Notes: a model not told the origin generated them from the sequence alone. A stretch of DNA of 64,000 nt from Chrysomallon squamiferum (GCA_012295275.1 CM022671.1:23250001-23314000); one strand, 5' to 3'. Counted from the stretch's first letter, positions 39,056-52,689 are shown. A program made the numbers and translations.

Positions 39056-40466
39056 AACTATTATTATCATCATCATCATCATAAACAAGTCCATTTATTT
39101 GTAATTTTATATCTTGCACAGCAGATAAAACAAAACGCTTAGAGATATGAAACTGTAACGAGAACAGATTACCTACATTCGAAATCTATTAATTATTCCA
39201 CGCACTAGTCAGGGTGAATAATCTTTCTTCTTCTTCTTTTTTTTTTTTCCCCCGTTCCACGCTATTTATCTCTCTACTACCGAAGTGTCTCGCTCGAGTA
39301 TTTCTCACACCATTCATACTCGACATTCGCAAAGCTCCGCTCGCCACCACTCTAAACTATTTTTCACCGATAACAAACACACACTAAAACAATCACAAGT
39401 CGAACGACTCCGAGGTCTTTGGATGCGAAATTATGTACGTAAAACGTCATCGAACCCTCGGTTACGCCGCTGGTTCCATCATCGCGAGGCGATAATTCAA
39501 CTGCAGATGAGAATCTGCGTGCTGTTTCGCCGCGAGTTGTTTGCACTGGATCGGGCAGGGCAAAGAAGACCATTGCTTTGGAAGCGAATGCTTAAAATGC
39601 GGAGTAACCGCGGTGCAAACTCATACACCCTTAAGTGTCTTCTTCCAGATGGCATTCCAGAAAACGGCAGAGCTCTTCCAAGCCTTTCGGCCATTTGTTG
39701 CCGTCCGTCACAATATTCGTCAGATCCGACACTTACGTAGAATTTACGCGTTTACCGGACCATACAATAATAATACGCGACCTGGCTTACGAGTACGCTT
39801 CCCGAAATTATAAAGAATAATGTGTTTATTCTTTTTTTTTATTTTGTGCCTAACAAATAAAGAAATAAAGAAACACATATCTATCTATCTATCTATCTAT
39901 CTATCTTCCTATATATCTATCCCGATCTCTTAGCTACATATGTTACCTACATCTGTATGTATGTCAATTTCTATCTATCTATCTATCTATATATTTATTT
40001 ATATGACTATGTGTGTGCGGTCGTGTCTCTTGAAAAAAATAATCGTCTGACACGGTTAACGTTTAGTTATTCAAACTACAACACGACAGAGATCATTAGC
40101 TATGCTAATTCGTGTAGAAAAATATTGTGTTAATTGTAACAGCAAATAAACATGTCAGGACATAATTACGTTCAGTCACATACACGGATCTGCGTGGACT
40201 TTAGACTCCCGTTTGTCAGCCCACCTTGTATCAGTTCATGAGAACGGGGTGGTGACATGAATGTCGAATTTGCATACATCACCTGTACTTTCAGATGGCG
40301 GACCACCAACGAATAACATTATTTCTCTGATTAAGATGTTCGTAAAGCTGATCAGTTACCTTTTTTAAATTTATTATATAGTTAAATGCTATTTGTTTTT
40401 GTATGTATGTGTGTTTATGATATTATTATGAAATAATTACATTATTTATTATTTTCTTTATCTCAG
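38824..40466 (+). other. Phase-1 GT-AG intron (1,643 nt)
   Basis: GTAGGA ... tctcAG, frame-compatible with both flanking exons. Confidence 0.85.
39255..39810. promoter_or_regulatory. CpG-rich island in the last intron (candidate regulatory element)
   Basis: About 550 bp of complex CpG-rich sequence with TTCTCACA at 39302; the overlapping ORFs are not protein-like. Confidence 0.35.
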
Positions 40467-40657
40467 GCATGCCAGTTCCAGACGGCCAGTATCTTCCAGG
40501 CGATATTCTGCCACCCGCATCAACGCCAGAGCCCTTGCCCCCACTGCACCCCCACGACGGTCCGTTCATTCCCCGTTCCCTGCCCGGAACACCCTTCAGT
40601 CAATCCCTCGTTCAGTCCGTGGGTCACCACCATCCCGACATGTCGGAGGTCTGGTGA
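40467..40657 (+). CDS. Lhx1/5: Lhx1/5 last coding exon (Pro-rich, ends DMSEVW-stop)
   Basis: Acceptor ttttctttatctcAG at 40465-40466, phase 1, in frame. Translates (G)MPVPDGQYLPGDILPPASTPEPLPPLHPHDGPFIPRSLPGTPFSQSLVQSVGHHHPDMSEVW with TGA at 40655-40657. The terminal M-x-E..VW resembles the EMNEAAVW end of vertebrate LHX1. Confidence 0.9.
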
Positions 40658-41847
40658 CAATGAATCCTGCGTCGACATCTTTTGAAGCAAACTGAAGCAG
40701 ACTTTCGTTTGAGAGAAGAGGCACAAAAGTTGAAGGAACTGTGATGTTTAAAAACAAATAATAAATAAAAGTGTGGGCGAGAACAAAATGTTTGAATAAA
40801 GAATTTTCTGTTTCAAATCAGGAAAGAAAAAGAAAAAAAAGAAAGTGTTCATGAACAAAAACAAACAAAACAAACAATATAAAATTCAGCAAAGAAACAA
40901 AACTAAAGTGTAAAGTGAAAGCAGAACTGGATTGTAGTTCCAAAAAATGTCAGCTCGACTTTATGAGCGAGTATTAAATAGCTGTGTGATGTTTATAGAC
41001 GTTAAATAAGTCTCACGAACAGCGACAAAGCAAGGAGAGCTCGACTGAGAACGATAACTGTGATGTTTGACGATACGGAACTAAGATTAACATGCTGATG
41101 GGTCGTACGGAACTAAAATTTACGATTCCGGATAGCCCGTGTTGTCTCAGCTGGTAGGGAAAGGAGTGGAATGTTTTGGATATAATATGGACACTTCGAT
41201 GGAGAATGCGGTTGGTTTCTTCACATTGTCGACAGCGTAAAGCATAATTTAAAGAAGTCTTATAAGTAAATAAACTGTATATACTTATGAAATAGTACAT
41301 TAAGTTCACACGCATGCACATACATATACATTTTTTTTTTTTTTTTTTTTTTTTTAAAGGGTGCAGCATAATTTCTTTATCACTCTGAGTGAACCGTCAC
41401 GTGGTGTTGTGTTTGTGTTTCATGTCACGTGACATATCACCGCCATCTTCCCGACGCATCAGAAAATCTGCTTTCATGAGCCAGGTTTGTCGCGAATGTG
41501 TACCTGTAGATACATTTGTACCAAGAATAAACAAAAATCCTTATCCATGAGTAATGCTTCCTAGACCGAGTTGCTTGCAAGAGATTACCACCACCTCGCC
41601 AAATGTTCACAAAGACACGTGTCCAGCATGCAGGAGGGAGGGGGGTCATGGGGTGCGGTCGGCCGTGTTTGTAGTTGGATCACAGTGTGATGGGCTATTT
41701 TTAGGTGGATTGTCCTCCTCTGCAAGGCCGCATAAAACTGGGAAAAATTCCAGAATGTTACATATCTGAAATTCTGTTAGAAATAATTTTACGTAAAAGT
41801 TTTGCATTCGGTTCCAAGATGGAAATAATTTTAGATTCCAGTATGGT

Positions 41848-41892
<45 letters not shown>

Positions 41893-42084
41893 TAAAGCTT
41901 TCAAGAATTCATAAATAAGAAATTAATTGTTCCTCTGTTCTGGAATTATTTTAAATTTATATTCGTTCGTTTCATAACATCTGAGTTAAAAATTAAACCC
42001 TTAACTTAATACCATTTCCCCTAAATTTCATTCGAACTCTCATTTTTTTTTTTTTAATTTTCCCACTTTGACAGCGAAGGCAAC

Positions 42085-42166
<82 letters not shown>

Positions 42167-44370
42167 AGAAATCACTGTTTAATGCAGCGCATCCACATCA
42201 TGGCCGAAATGAACATTTTTGTTCCATGCTTTAACACGAAGTTCCCATTTCATTTTATAAGCAAACATCGCGGTTTGTTTACTGGAGAATCCGCCGTCCC
42301 AGCGGACGCTTTTGCCATAATGGGTTTAGGAGATTTGCGAAGCAGAAACTCTCCCGAGTCCACTTGCAGTGGGAAAACAAAGCAAAGTCCCGCAATTCCC
42401 AGGAGCCGCGCCTTTGTATAAGTAAACTGAAACGCGCGCTGCCCTAATGAAAGTTTGATGAATAAAATGCATATGTATTCAGAAGCGAACTTCCATCAGA
42501 GAGGCAGCGATTCAGCGAGTGTTTTCATGCATCGCTTAACTTATTATTTTCTCCTAAATGCTAAGCATTGTAGAAGCACCGTGTTTGTTTACCTGAAATC
42601 GCAGATGGTTCGTTGCCGATTGATCTTTCATGCCAAGGGTGGACTTTAATGCTAGAAGAGGTTACAAAGTGACTTAAAACAAACATCCATATTGCATCCA
42701 GTCATGCATAATGAATAATTATCAATATTTGCTTGTCTCTTTAAAACTGGATAACGTGAACTGATATGGAAAACATTTCTTGCCTGAGCGGATGCATTGC
42801 GACACAATCGTTATTGTTTGTAATTTATGCACTAAAAATAACATCATTCATAATGAATACATACCTTTCTTCACCACCGGGAAAGTATCGTTTATATAAA
42901 AAAAAAAAAAAGATATTTTTGTAAAATGATATCAAAAGAACAAGCGTTGTAATAACATTTCTGCCTTACTCAAACAAATTTGTTTAAAAAAAAAAAACAA
43001 AAAAAAAAACGCCTTTAAACCATTAATTCATATCTTAATCTTGAATAAATAAATCATTTCTTTACAGTTTTCTTAATCATAATCGAAGGAATTTTTTTTA
43101 GCCAGTATTGCGTAGGTTTATGTCAATGTGGACATTTAAAAAAATATATTTAAAAAAAAAAAAAGAACATAAAAAAAATTTCAATTCTTTTAAGAAGCAG
43201 TCTATATCGGTTGAGGCATTGAAAGCACAGAGAAAAGAAATGTTTACCATTTCGTCTGCAAAAGAGGCGAGGCGACACGGAGTGAAAGAGTTTGACTAGA
43301 TGACTCAAGATTGGGCAACGTCAAGCGCTGTCAATAAAGATGTGGTAACAAAATAACATTGATGACGTTCGGGAAAACAATGGCGGTGTGAATCGTTGGT
43401 CATGCATTGAGGTGATAATTACTGTATTGTATTCATTCTGTTCTATTTATTTTATTTGACTTTTTTTTTTTTTTTTTTTTTTTTTCATGTTTGTGTCAAG
43501 TAACACTTCTTTTTTTTTTTTTTTTAAAAAGATTAAAAAATAAAATATTGTGTTGACTGTGACCACACCCTATCCAACGTGTTGGTAACAGTTGTTACGT
43601 GCCAGTGTTTTAATGTGTCCTGTGTTGTTCAGTATAAATATTTTAAAAGAAAGAAAGAAAAAAAACCACACACGGTTATTGTATAAATAAAACAAACCTG
43701 AAAGTTGTGAAAAAAATAAATTTTTCTCGAGAAATAATTTGGCTGAAAGGTCGCGTTTTGGTTTATATTTTTGTCTCTTTCACTCAAAACGTCTCTCTCC
43801 AGTAACGTTAGATTTGGAAAAAAGCATGGTAAGATATGGTAATTAGGAATATTGGTAAATAATAATAATAATAATATTAATAATAATAATAATAATAATA
43901 CGAAAATTATCACAGATTAAGTTGCTTCTTTTGTTTTCTAATTAAGAAGTGGGGTAGCATATATTTAATATTTGTGGTTTAGAACGGGACATAAAACGAC
44001 TTACGAAAAGTGAAGTATCATTATTATTATTTCTGGAATTCGTATTTATTTAAATTAAGACTAGTATGAAGTTTAATAAAACTGTTAAATAACAATCGTT
44101 GTTAACCAAAAAAAAAAAAAAAAAACGATGATCAGGAAATTTTATTTCTTTTTCCGACAGCATTTAAATTTTTGTATTAAATTAGGAAAAGCTCATAGTA
44201 TTACAGTATTATTGCTATTTTGAAAATGACGCAAGTTTTGTAATAATGTCTGTATCACCTCTGAAAATGTACAGGCGTCTGACAGCATAATAATTGTTAA
44301 TATGTGTCAGACGGTACTTTCCAACTGGTAACGTAAATATTAATTAAATAAAAGAAATTCCATGTCAATG
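40658..44370 (+). other. Putative 3' UTR of Lhx1/5 (end uncertain)
   Basis: Follows the stop codon. AATAAA hexamers occur near 40760-40800, at 43333-43338 and at 44347-44352. The last overlaps an ATTAAA and is followed by a GT/T-rich tract. Confidence 0.45.
42088..42162. repeat. (AC)n microsatellite in the putative 3' UTR
   Basis: Seen directly. Confidence 0.97.
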
Positions 44371-44395
44371 TGATTGTTGTTGTCTTTAGTTTTTA
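44343..44395 (+). terminator. Candidate polyadenylation signal with downstream GU/U-rich element
   Basis: ATTAAATAAA at 44343-44352 (overlapping ATTAAA and AATAAA), then tgtgattgttgttgtctttagttttt starting about 17 nt later. Confidence 0.4.
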
Positions 44396-45986
44396 TATGT
44401 TTAATCATGCATGTACACACACACACAATGCGCATTCACATACGTAAATTAATGCGTTCTCTGTGTTATAAATGTGAGTGCGCACGCAAACACACGCACC
44501 AACGCACAAACAGCAAAGAAGCGCAATCCACAGTTATGGTTTGGATATGCTAGTTTAACAAAAGAAAGGAACTCGGTATAAATTTCCAAGTATAATTATT
44601 TAAAAAGCTTATATCTAAACAATTTTCGTTTTTTATTCCTATCTTATTATAATTTTTCTTCCTATTTACGTTTCTTTAATTATTATCCTTTAATTATAAA
44701 TTAATAGATAAAAGAAAGACGGTATAAATAAATAAATAAGCATACATATGCAAATTAACCAAAATAAACGTCAAAGAAAATTATAAATAAATAAGAAAGT
44801 GATTTTGGTTATTTTACATATATGCTTATATCTTTATTTGTACCGTCTTTCATTTATTTACAATTTATTTCATTACTTACTTACTTACATATATACTAAA
44901 ATATATCAAAACTAAACAAATATAATTAAATGACAAGGCTTACAGTGAATAATATATATATATTATATTTAAATGAATTTTGTCTTGTTATAAAATTATG
45001 TAGAGCATAAGATATAAATAAGAATATTACAAACACCACATACCATAGAAAAAAAAAAAAAGAGTAACACATTGTTTTCTTTTTATTTATTTATTTATTT
45101 ATTTACTTATTTATATTGTTCATGTTGTCGTTGTTGTTGTTGGAATGGAGGAGTGTGTATGTATGTATGTATACATGTGTGTATATATATGTATATATGT
45201 ATGTATATATGTATGTATGTACGTATATATGCATGTACGTACGTATTAACAGATGCACTGAAATATATCCCACTAGTAGATCCTAAATAAAGCCCATTTT
45301 AGATATCCTTTCTTCAGACAAAAGAAAAATGGAATTAATAAAACTGTTTGTGTCAAAATGTCACTAGCATCAGAAAGTTAATTCTAAATAACATTTGCAA
45401 ACAAGACAGCGATTAAGAAAAACAGCCATGTAAACTCTGTCTTCGTTCAAATACCTGCAATCAATACTGCAAACAATAGCAATTCAGACGCGCGTCAACA
45501 AACAAGCCTCCCGCCTAGAAAAACATCAAATATAATTACTGCAGTCAGAATTAATTATTAATTCATGAACATAATCAAATTGTAACATTAATTAATGAAG
45601 AGTATGAACTGGTGATTGTTATTGATGAAACAAAAACTACATCCGATGTCCTGGAACAATCATGTAATTGATCATTTTTCTATGTTTAGGATTATTCTTA
45701 AAGGAGATTCTCATGCAAAATCTTCTTTTTTTTTTTTTTTTTTTTTTCTTTATAAAAGATGATTGATAAATTATTTTGGTTTATGTAATATTTGTCACTG
45801 TTATTCGGTTCAGTTACATTTTGTGAAAAAAATAGTGATTTTTTTATTATTAATTTTTTTTTTTAATTAGTCAGTTTTGAAGTACGAACTTAGCTGAATG
45901 AATGTGAAAAAAAAAAAAAATAACATTGTGAAAAAAACAGATTTCTTAGTATTTGATCCTCTCATTCAGTAAACAGATTTACATAC

Positions 45987-46038
<52 letters not shown>

Positions 46039-46320
46039 TGAAAGAGAAATTTCGTGATATATGCTGAAAACTGACATCGTCTCCAACAGATAACGGGTTA
46101 CAGTCAGCTGCGGTCTGTTTTGCAGCACGCTGTAGAAATATGATAGGCGTGTTAATTAAACTCTCTAATTGTGTCGTGCTTCGGTCAGGTGAAATGGCAC
46201 ACGTTTCACTGATGTATTTGTGTTGTTAATGTGCTATTTTATTTATTGTCGAAAGCAATTGTTGTTTATTACATTTTGTATCCAAACAAAAGTCGGGGCC
46301 ATGTCGGAAATATTTCAAAC

Positions 46321-46324
<4 letters not shown>

Positions 46325-46404
<80 letters not shown>
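46325..46404. repeat. (CT)n microsatellite
   Basis: Seen directly. Confidence 0.97.
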
Positions 46405-48399
46405 GACCGTCTCTTATATATTTATTCGTTTCTCTATTTATCAAAATTTTCAACATATACAAATACATTCCCACATCTATATCAGCCCTTGATGTTTTTT
46501 TTTTTTTTTGCCAAACAGTTTCGAACATTGTTATACGCACAAAACTATTATCGGGTTAGAATATCGGAGAATTGGTAGAGACGAGAATGAAAATGAAGTT
46601 CAAATTCTTAAGAGATTCCACCCAAGTACATACGAGTAGGTCTAAAAGCACTGAAATCATTCGGGTAAAAAAAAAAAAAAAAATAAAGAGTAAAAGAGAC
46701 AATTTAGAATAAATCTTGTGTAATGAGACTGCAATGATATCATCATTTTATCACCGGACTGACGTTTGACTGGAGAGTGAGTCCTGGTTACAGGAAGGTG
46801 TTGAAGGAAATGACGTCTTCACATCCCGCGGGAAAGATAACGAAGTTACGTCGCTCTCGAGATCAAAACTCGTCAGGTTATTATCATGCAAATGTAATAA
46901 AAACAAAAATAATGATATAAATGGTAATTAGAAAATGGAGAAGTATGGTTATTTTCTTCTTCCACGACAGATATTTATAATAATATATATAAATGTATGT
47001 GTCTATCTGTCTGTTATCTGTTTATCTGTCTATTCTAGACAGGTGGATAAACAGACTGGGATATAGATATATACACATAGACACACACATACTATTTATT
47101 ATTACGAATTATTATTTATTACGAATAAAAGTGTTAGAAAAGATTTGTAGGTAGTGATAAATAAGAAAATTACTTTATTTACATAACGGCTCTCAAAGAA
47201 AACATACATAGATAATAAAATGTAATCCATATATATATTATATAGTATGAAAGATATACATCATTATTATATTGTTATCTTGTATTGTACAGATTTTGAG
47301 TAAAGGCCATTTCTTGTCATGCACAACGAGTGTTCAACTTACGGGTATAAATTATGCAGATATAAAAACACACACATTCACAGACACATGCGGACTGCAC
47401 TGCACAAACACGCACAATTTGTTTGCCGTCACATATTCTTGCACGTGCAACATTTCTTCGTCTTGTTTAAAAAAATTATTCAAAAAAATCAAAAAAATTC
47501 AAACAACCAGTATAATTATTAGTGTTTTATTACTGTCGTACTTGTTTATTTTTGTTTCTTTTGTATTGTTTCTTTTTTCCCTCTTTATTCCAGGAAAGTA
47601 AATCAAATTAACACAAACTAAATTTATCTGTTTTCAGTTTTCTATTCCAAACCATGTTTTTTTGTTGTTGTTTTTGTTTTTTTATTCACCGCTTTTGTTC
47701 GTTCTTATTCTTTCTTTCTTTTTTTTTTTTTTTATTTCTTTTTTATTTTAATGAATTGAAATCAAATCTAATTACTATGGCAACAAATGACGAATTCGTT
47801 TTGATCGCTCTCTCTCTCTCTCTCTTGTTTCGGGCTTCGTTCGGGGTTGAAACCAGCTTCATGGAGGACGTGGAAACCTTACCAACCAACGCGATCGATG
47901 TTGTCTAAATATCTCTCTTGACGTCATCGAGCGAAATTACTTAAATTTTCTCTTTCCGATTTCTTCTAACCGATTTAAAGTTTGGGGCTTTTTCTTTCTA
48001 AATTTGTATTTTCCAAAAGCAGTTGATTGCCATATTAATTCGCTGTCCATGCAGGTGTACTGAATCAGCGGAATACGGTTAATAATTCTGGTTATATTGG
48101 TGGTTTCTATACGGAGCCTGCAATTCAGAGACAGTCGCTCAAAAGCTATTTCGTTTCTAAATTAAGATGTCATCAAAAAAAAATTGTGTTGATTTCGCTA
48201 TTTGTGGAACTGCTGGGTCATTTTGAACGGATGTAAACATCCTTTCAGTGTTCTACAACTGACACGATTGTTTTGTTTTCAAATCATTTATTTGACGCTT
48301 ACAAATTATAAATACACTAGCGAAAACCTCAAAGAAATACAAATTAAAAGAAAATGAAATGGATTCACTGACTAAAACAGGCATATTCTTATATATACG

Positions 48400-48436
<37 letters not shown>

Positions 48437-49168
48437 TAGCATAAATACATTCATATATACATACATATCCTCACATACATACATAATATATATACATACA
48501 TACATACATACATACATACATCATACATACAATATATACATACATGCATACATAATATATATACATACATACATATATAAACATGAATACATACATGATT
48601 GCATATATACATACATACATAAATATATACATGCACTCACACAGTAACACACACACGCACACACCCACATGCACATACATACATTCACATCACCCTTTAA
48701 ATCACGTAATTTTCAAAAAAGGCACAGAACAAACAGCTTCAGAAGAACGTATTGAGTTTCAGTTCAAACATTACCACAAACTAAACTGCAGTCGATGAAC
48801 CACGTCAGACGCAGACAACGGACCGACCTCTGCCTTCAGATTTCTCCTTCAGGACAACTTCTTTCATCGTCGCTGAGATACAAGTGCGTCGTATCGAAAT
48901 TGGGATTATCGCCAAGCGCAGACGCGATCTCCGTGGCAGTGATAACGGTGGCGTTCTGTTGGATTTACCCCGACCACAGGCAGATGGCGGTCCTATCTCA
49001 CACTACACTGAATACAAGCTTTCCAAGGATGTCGATATTTCGCCAACTGGAGAGAAAAGATAAGGAAGAAAATCGATTTCGATTAAAATATTCTTGCAAA
49101 TCGCACAATGTTTTCGAATTGATGGTCGGTCCTACAGTTTTTGGAATACTGTCAGAGAAGGAACACGG

Positions 49169-49169
<1 letters not shown>

Positions 49170-49226
<57 letters not shown>
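49170..49226. repeat. Poly(T) tract, ~57 nt
   Basis: Seen directly; the longest homopolymer I noticed. Confidence 0.97.
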
Positions 49227-49229
<3 letters not shown>

Positions 49230-49395
49230 CTTTGCGTAGCTTGAGGATGAAAATAAATGGTGGATGTGATCTTCAAGGAAGTGTTACTGTCTTTGATGTT
49301 TGCTTTCTGTACGTCTTTGTCACTGATGGTTTTTCAGATCTGTGAAAAATTTGGCTAAATCTTCTCTCTCTCTCTCTCACACACACACACAGACA

Positions 49396-49432
<37 letters not shown>

Positions 49433-50631
49433 ACACACACATAAATACATACACACATAAGAAGTGTAAGATTAAATTAAAATTTATACAGACTGGAATT
49501 AAAGAAGTATTCAAAATAAAATGCAACGCAATAAAAACAACAAAACAAAAATGAAGGAAAAGTAATAATTCGTTGATAGTGCAAATATTTGTTCTTCCAA
49601 TTTGTGTTTTCATATTTTTTTTTATTATACTTTAACCTTTTTTCCTGTGACTTAATTTAAAATAATAAAATATTAGTTATATTTTATGAAAATTGTTTTG
49701 TTTATCAATTCATATTCTTTATTAATTTTTCATCTGTACAGTATTATGTTATTATTTTGTTTCATTTTATTTTTGCTTACTAATAATTTGATTCAATTCT
49801 GACTGTTTACTAACTTTACTCATTAATTTTTTTATTTATTTATTTATTTATTTATTTGCTCATTCATTTATTATATAATACTAATTTATTTTACTTTTCA
49901 AAGTTAATTTACCAACATACTTACCGAATTAGATACTGTATTTAACTCATTTATTCATTCTTTCATAGATTCATTGAGTTGGTTCGTTGGTTAACTGAAT
50001 AATATACTAATTTTTTAATTGCTTTGTTGGTAGGTTAGTTTATAGTTTGGATGATTGGCTAGTTGGTTGAGTTAATAGAATAGCAGGTTAGTTATTTAGT
50101 TGGTTAGTTTGTTCGTTGGATGGGTGGCTAGATAGGTTGTTTTGGGGGTTTTCTGGTCGGTTCCTTGGTTTTGGCTGGTTTGGCAGGTCAGTTGGTTATT
50201 TAGACCTTCCTCCTCCTAAGTGTAGCATATTTCTTACAGAAAGCCGGTCAGATTTCTAAACGATAGAGGGCGCGCTGCTGAGTCTGGGCAGAGATAAAAT
50301 CCAAATCTCATTAAATTCGGCGAGAACGCGAGATGATCGGAGCGTACTCTCATCAATACAGTGAATTGGCATCCGATGATGAACGCCATCAAGCGAACGG
50401 GCAACATAGCACTTCGAGAATGCGCTAGCTGGAGCGAAAGATATTGGAGTTTGATGGACTTGGACATGTCAAGTATAAATAAAACAGAAAGTGTTAACGA
50501 CGTGTTTCCATCTAGCGACTAGTTAGGAAAAGGAGCTCGTAAATGTCATTTTTTGAATATGTCGACAGTGATTTGTATCCCAGTTTCAGACTTTTATGAT
50601 TTTTTTTTCTCTCTCTCTCTCTCATCATCTT

Positions 50632-50665
<34 letters not shown>

Positions 50666-50734
50666 AAAAAAAAAAAAATTAGTTTTCGTAAGAGACGAGA
50701 TTAAATCAAAATAGCTTTGCACTTATAATGGGTT

Positions 50735-50773
50735 TTCTTCTTCTTCTTCTTCTTTCTTCTTCTTCTTCTTCTT

Positions 50774-50804
<31 letters not shown>

Positions 50805-50949
50805 TTATTATTATTATTATTATTATTAAAATGTTGTTTTTTTTCCTTGAAAGATTAAGCAACTTTTTTTTTCTTCAATTGGATAAAGCTGGTTATCATC
50901 AATGTCATATTTCCTCTCATTTTATATAGTGGTGTTAATTTGAAAATTT

Positions 50950-50988
<39 letters not shown>

Positions 50989-50999
50989 ATCTATGTGTG

Positions 51000-51033
<34 letters not shown>

Positions 51034-51075
51034 TGTATGTATGTATGTATGTATGTATGTATGTATGTATGTATA
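50735..51075. repeat. Microsatellite cluster: (TTC)n-(TTA)n, (TA)n(TG)n, (TATG)n
   Basis: Seen directly. Confidence 0.93.
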
Positions 51076-51461
51076 TATATGTAAGTATGTATATTCAGAC
51101 AATACTTTACAAACATTTCCATTACCATCTTCTCATAAATACACATCTCTTTATGATGGAATGATCGGAAAACCTCGATATAGTCCGCATAATGTCGTAA
51201 TAAAATATAACGTATTGTATTTCTAATTGAAAATAAAGCGGATTTAAATATATACATTATATTGTATTACAAAACGATGCGGAATGAAATTATACCAAAG
51301 TTTTCCGGTTAGCTAAAATGGAACATGAACGCGAGTCCATCTGAATTGGTTGCTATGGTAACAGTTTGGCAACTGAACGAATTCCTTTTCAGAAATGTCT
51401 ATGAAAACCAACTGAAGTTTTGATAAAGCTTCTGTTTTTAAGTTTATATATATATAATACA

Positions 51462-51493
<32 letters not shown>

Positions 51494-51947
51494 ATTTTAT
51501 TTTATGTATTGATAACAACTTTCTCTCCTATTCAGTGTATAAATATTTGTATTGTTTTAAATCAACTAAGCGCAATTTATATATAAACGCAAAAATATTT
51601 TATAAATTTCGGAATGCAGCTGAAGCCTATTTTCTGCGTAACACACAAAATTTCATATATGTTTAGTTGTTAAAAATAAAAGTATGTCGTCCACACATAG
51701 AAATGAAATTAAAGGGCGAAAAAGAAAAGTTTAAAAACCGGTGTTCAGTTTTTGGTTTCAAGTGTATTTTCAAATAATTTGAAACCCAAATAAATATGAC
51801 ATAAAGATTTACATATATAGGTGTATGCAGACTAGTTAGATTTTCATTGGTATGTTTTAATATTCAAAGTTCACATTATTCATATTAGTGAAACTTCTAA
51901 CTTTTCAAATTGTCATCTGTTTCAAACATAACAACAACGACTACGAC

Positions 51948-51979
<32 letters not shown>

Positions 51980-52650
51980 CAACAAAAATTGTAATATAAA
52001 TAATATTATTAACAACAACAACAACAACAATAATAATAATGTAAATAATATAAATAATAAAAATAACGGAAACGACAACGGCAACAACTTCAACAGCACA
52101 ACAACAACAACAACAACAACAACAATAATAATAATAATAATAATAATAAAATGAATAATGAATATTTCTGTCATGCTTTGTGTTCTCTTATTTAGTCTGT
52201 AAACTCGGAACTCAGTACAAGAGATTAAAAACTTCCACGACTGAATATGTAAACATCAACATAATTATATTAAAAACGATTTCTTATTATATTTCGTCGT
52301 TACACTTGTGTATGTATATATATATACCTAACATTTATCATCCCCCAAACAAAATCATGCCAAAATACTGAATTCTCGAGCGAATACATAAATCTTTACT
52401 CGTTAGAGTTAATTGAAATATTGAAGATTTATCATTCACTGTATGAAATGGAGAGAGAGAGAGAGAGAAAAAAATATAATCTTTGTTAACTAACGTCGCA
52501 GAAAACTGTAAAGAAAAAAACAAATTAATATGAAAATAAGTTAACTAAGGGAAGGTGGTCACGAGTTGATGTTAATTATTTATTACTCAAGAGAAAAAAA
52601 AATCTTTATTTTTATTTTTTTTTTTTAAATATTATTTTGTAATTTATTGC

Positions 52651-52689
<39 letters not shown>

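Noticed and set aside
39285-39820. 151-aa and overlapping ORFs in the last intron
   Set aside because: Arg/Ser-rich composition typical of non-coding CpG-rich DNA, and the flanking exons already join in frame.
41501-41520. Resemblance to mature miR-10 (tacctgtagatacatttgt)
   Set aside because: Needs several gaps, lies outside a Hox cluster, and has no convincing hairpin.
50262-50275. Partial CTCF-like motif TAGAGGGCGC (also near 8285 and 61285)
   Set aside because: Only part of the consensus matches, which is too weak to call without ChIP data.
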